64,000 bases of DNA from Bryobacterales bacterium (GTDB taxonomy: Bacteria; Acidobacteriota; Terriglobia; Bryobacterales; UBA6623). The stretch is taken from positions 1,360,290-1,424,289 of the forward strand of contig OZ241991.1 in assembly GCA_965204095.1 (NCBI GenBank), read 5' to 3'. This document shows, piece after piece, positions 62,455 through 64,000 of this stretch (position 1 is the stretch's first letter; the number at the start of each line of letters is the position of its first letter). A program made the position numbers and the translations under genes. The notes beneath the pieces are model-generated. The model saw only the letters and a program-made list of their open reading frames with translations, was not told the origin of the DNA and ran no database searches.

Positions 62455-63591
62455 CTAGCGCATCATCTCGTCCCAGGTCACAGTGCGACCGGTGTCCATC
62501 GCCATTCGCCCCATGATGGCGGTGAGCGTGCTTTCCGCTCCGCGAATGCCGACGTTTTCGGTCTTGCCCTGGACGATACGCTTCACGAACGCCTCCATCG
62601 AGTCGAGATCGATGTGACGCGGGGCGTCCTGGTGAAGCACGTCGCCACGGTCGCGATAGTGCTTCCAGTAGCCGCGGGCCGTCTCGACCATTGATTCAGA
62701 GCCCCAAACACGTTCATGAACCTCGCGGTAGAAGAGGGGCATGATGTGAGACCCTACCAGTGTCGCTCGGATGTTGTCGGGATATTCAAAAACGACGGAG
62801 ATGTGATCTCCCATATCGCCCGCTTTCTTGATCGTTCGTCCGCCTCCGGCTACCGCCTTGATCGGGTGCCTGTCGCCAAGAGACCAGTTGAGAACATCGA
62901 TCGAGTGACAATAGGTTTCGACGACGATGTCCCCGTAGAGGTCGCGCCACCACTTCCATTCACGAACTTTGTCGTGGAGTGTCACGGGGCGTTCCCGCGG
63001 GGGCTCTTTGCCGCTGACGGTGCCTTTCAGAAAGTGGGCTTCAGCCTGGTGGATCTTGCCGAGCCCGCCCGAGTCGATCACTTTGCGGGCTTGCTTATAC
63101 GTCCAGCCGTAGCGCTGCTGGAACCCGAACGTGACGTTGAGTCCGGGTTTGGCCGAGTCGGAGGCCTTCATGACCCGCTTGCAGGCCGCGACATCGACGC
63201 CGGCGGGCTTCTCCACGTAGACGTGCTTGCCGGCTCTGACGGCCGCCTCCAAATGTTCGGCGTGCAGAAACACCGGCGTTGCGATGATGACCGCGTCGAT
63301 TTCGTCGCTCGCGAGCATCTCGTTGTAGTCCAGGTAGGTTTTCGGGTTCTCGATCGGGATACGCTGCTTGGCTTTTTCGATCTGCTCCTCGAAGAGGTCG
63401 CACAACGCGACGAGCCTCGCCCCCGGAACCTTGACCAAGCGGCTCGACAGACGGCTTCCACGTCCGCCGGAGCCAAGGAGACCGACCCGAACCTCCGAGT
63501 TCGCGGCGCTTCCGCGAACCGCCGCAAAGGGAACCATCGCCGCTGCTCTCACAAGATTGCGCCTACTGACATGTGCTTTAGTGTTTTTCAT
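62455..63591 (-). CDS. Gfo/Idh/MocA-family oxidoreductase with TAT signal
   Basis: MKNTKAHVSRRNLVRAAAMVPFAAVRGSAANSEVRVGLLGSGGRGSRL... followed by family-typical ...IDAVIIATPVFLHAEH...GKHVYVEKP. The stop codon (rc TAG, 62455-62457) lies in the TSD of MITE copy 12. Confidence 0.88.
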   Translation of the reverse strand: MKNTKAHVSRRNLVRAAAMVPFAAVRGSAANSEVRVGLLGSGGRGSRLSSRLVKVPGARLVALCDLFEEQIEKAKQRIPIENPKTYLDYNEMLASDEIDAVIIATPVFLHAEHLEAAVRAGKHVYVEKPAGVDVAACKRVMKASDSAKPGLNVTFGFQQRYGWTYKQARKVIDSGGLGKIHQAEAHFLKGTVSGKEPPRERPVTLHDKVREWKWWRDLYGDIVVETYCHSIDVLNWSLGDRHPIKAVAGGGRTIKKAGDMGDHISVVFEYPDNIRATLVGSHIMPLFYREVHERVWGSESMVETARGYWKHYRDRGDVLHQDAPRHIDLDSMEAFVKRIVQGKTENVGIRGAESTLTAIMGRMAMDTGRTVTWDEMMR

Positions 63592-63825
63592 CGCTAGTGT
63601 CCATCCAAGAGGTTTCAAGCTGATCGTGTCGTGATGCATCCGCCGAGTCTCGCGTGCGCCGGACTACCCCGATGGTGGCAGAAGCGCCTTGCATCGGGCA
63701 ACGATCGCATCCACAAGCAGACCGCCGCTGACCGGAATGCAGCCTGAGGTTCCGAGTTGCGAGCGGCGTATCGGGAATCGGCTCCGGAATCTCTGGCCAA
63801 TGACTTCAAGATCGGGCACGCTGCT

Positions 63826-64000
63826 TTACGTAAGAATCTCGCGCACAACGCGGCCGTGAACATCGGTCAGTCGCTGTTCGCGGCCTCCAAAACGGTAGAC
63901 GAGTTTTTCGTGGTCGAGGCCCAAGAGATGCAGAATGGTGGCGTGCAGGTCATGGATCGTCACGGGATCAGCGGCCACCTGATCGCCCAACTCGTCCGTT
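63826..64000 (-). CDS. DUF1501-family protein, C-terminal end (5' part outside the window)
   Basis: My translation: ...[57 protein letters not shown]. This matches the characteristic DUF1501 C-terminus ([26 protein letters not shown]). Absent from the ORF track because it is open-ended. Confidence 0.75.
   Translation of the reverse strand, partial: TDELGDQVAADPVTIHDLHATILHLLGLDHEKLVYRFGGREQRLTDVHGRVVREILT

Noticed and set aside
3730-62458. The regularly recurring ~177-bp repeats could have been a CRISPR-like array.
   Set aside because: The repeats are far too long. They have terminal inverted repeats and 4-bp target duplications, occur in both orientations, and are separated by whole genes 0.6-20 kb apart. 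No cas genes are present.

Overview
High-GC chromosomal segment. Gene content suggests Acidobacteriota, Solibacter/Bryobacter-like (inference): a CarboxypepD_reg-type TonB receptor, TAT-signal Gfo/Idh/MocA oxidoreductases, DUF1501, an LRR protein and secreted hydrolases. About 45 protein genes, mostly housekeeping: gltX; a carbamoyltransferase; tsaB; a complete elongasome operon mreB-mreC-mreD-mrdA-rodA followed by rng; mtnP; hisS; uvrB; M1, M20 and M28 peptidases; and a small corrinoid methyltransferase cluster. I saw no rRNA, tRNA or CRISPR array. The unusual content is non-genic. (1) A 176-206 bp MITE occurs 12 times plus one decayed relic. It has 17-bp perfect terminal inverted repeats and 4-bp YTAR target-site duplications. 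(2) A 1,734-bp IS1380-family element has termini almost identical to the MITE termini and sits inside one MITE copy, so it is the likely autonomous partner. MITE ends repeatedly coincide with stop codons or lie 11-45 nt from start codons, and one copy disrupts an M28 peptidase gene. (3) A gene-free ~1.1-kb array (13006-14070) holds 300-380 bp tandem units, each carrying runs of a 7-bp direct repeat (CACGARA). It is bracketed by a ~45-nt motif that recurs a third time at 41.3 kb. (4) The RNase G homologue has a ~390-aa charge-blocked disordered insertion inside its S1 domain. Many ORF-track starts are artefacts because the ORFs read out of MITEs, so I re-set them. All family assignments come from reading the translations; no searches were run.
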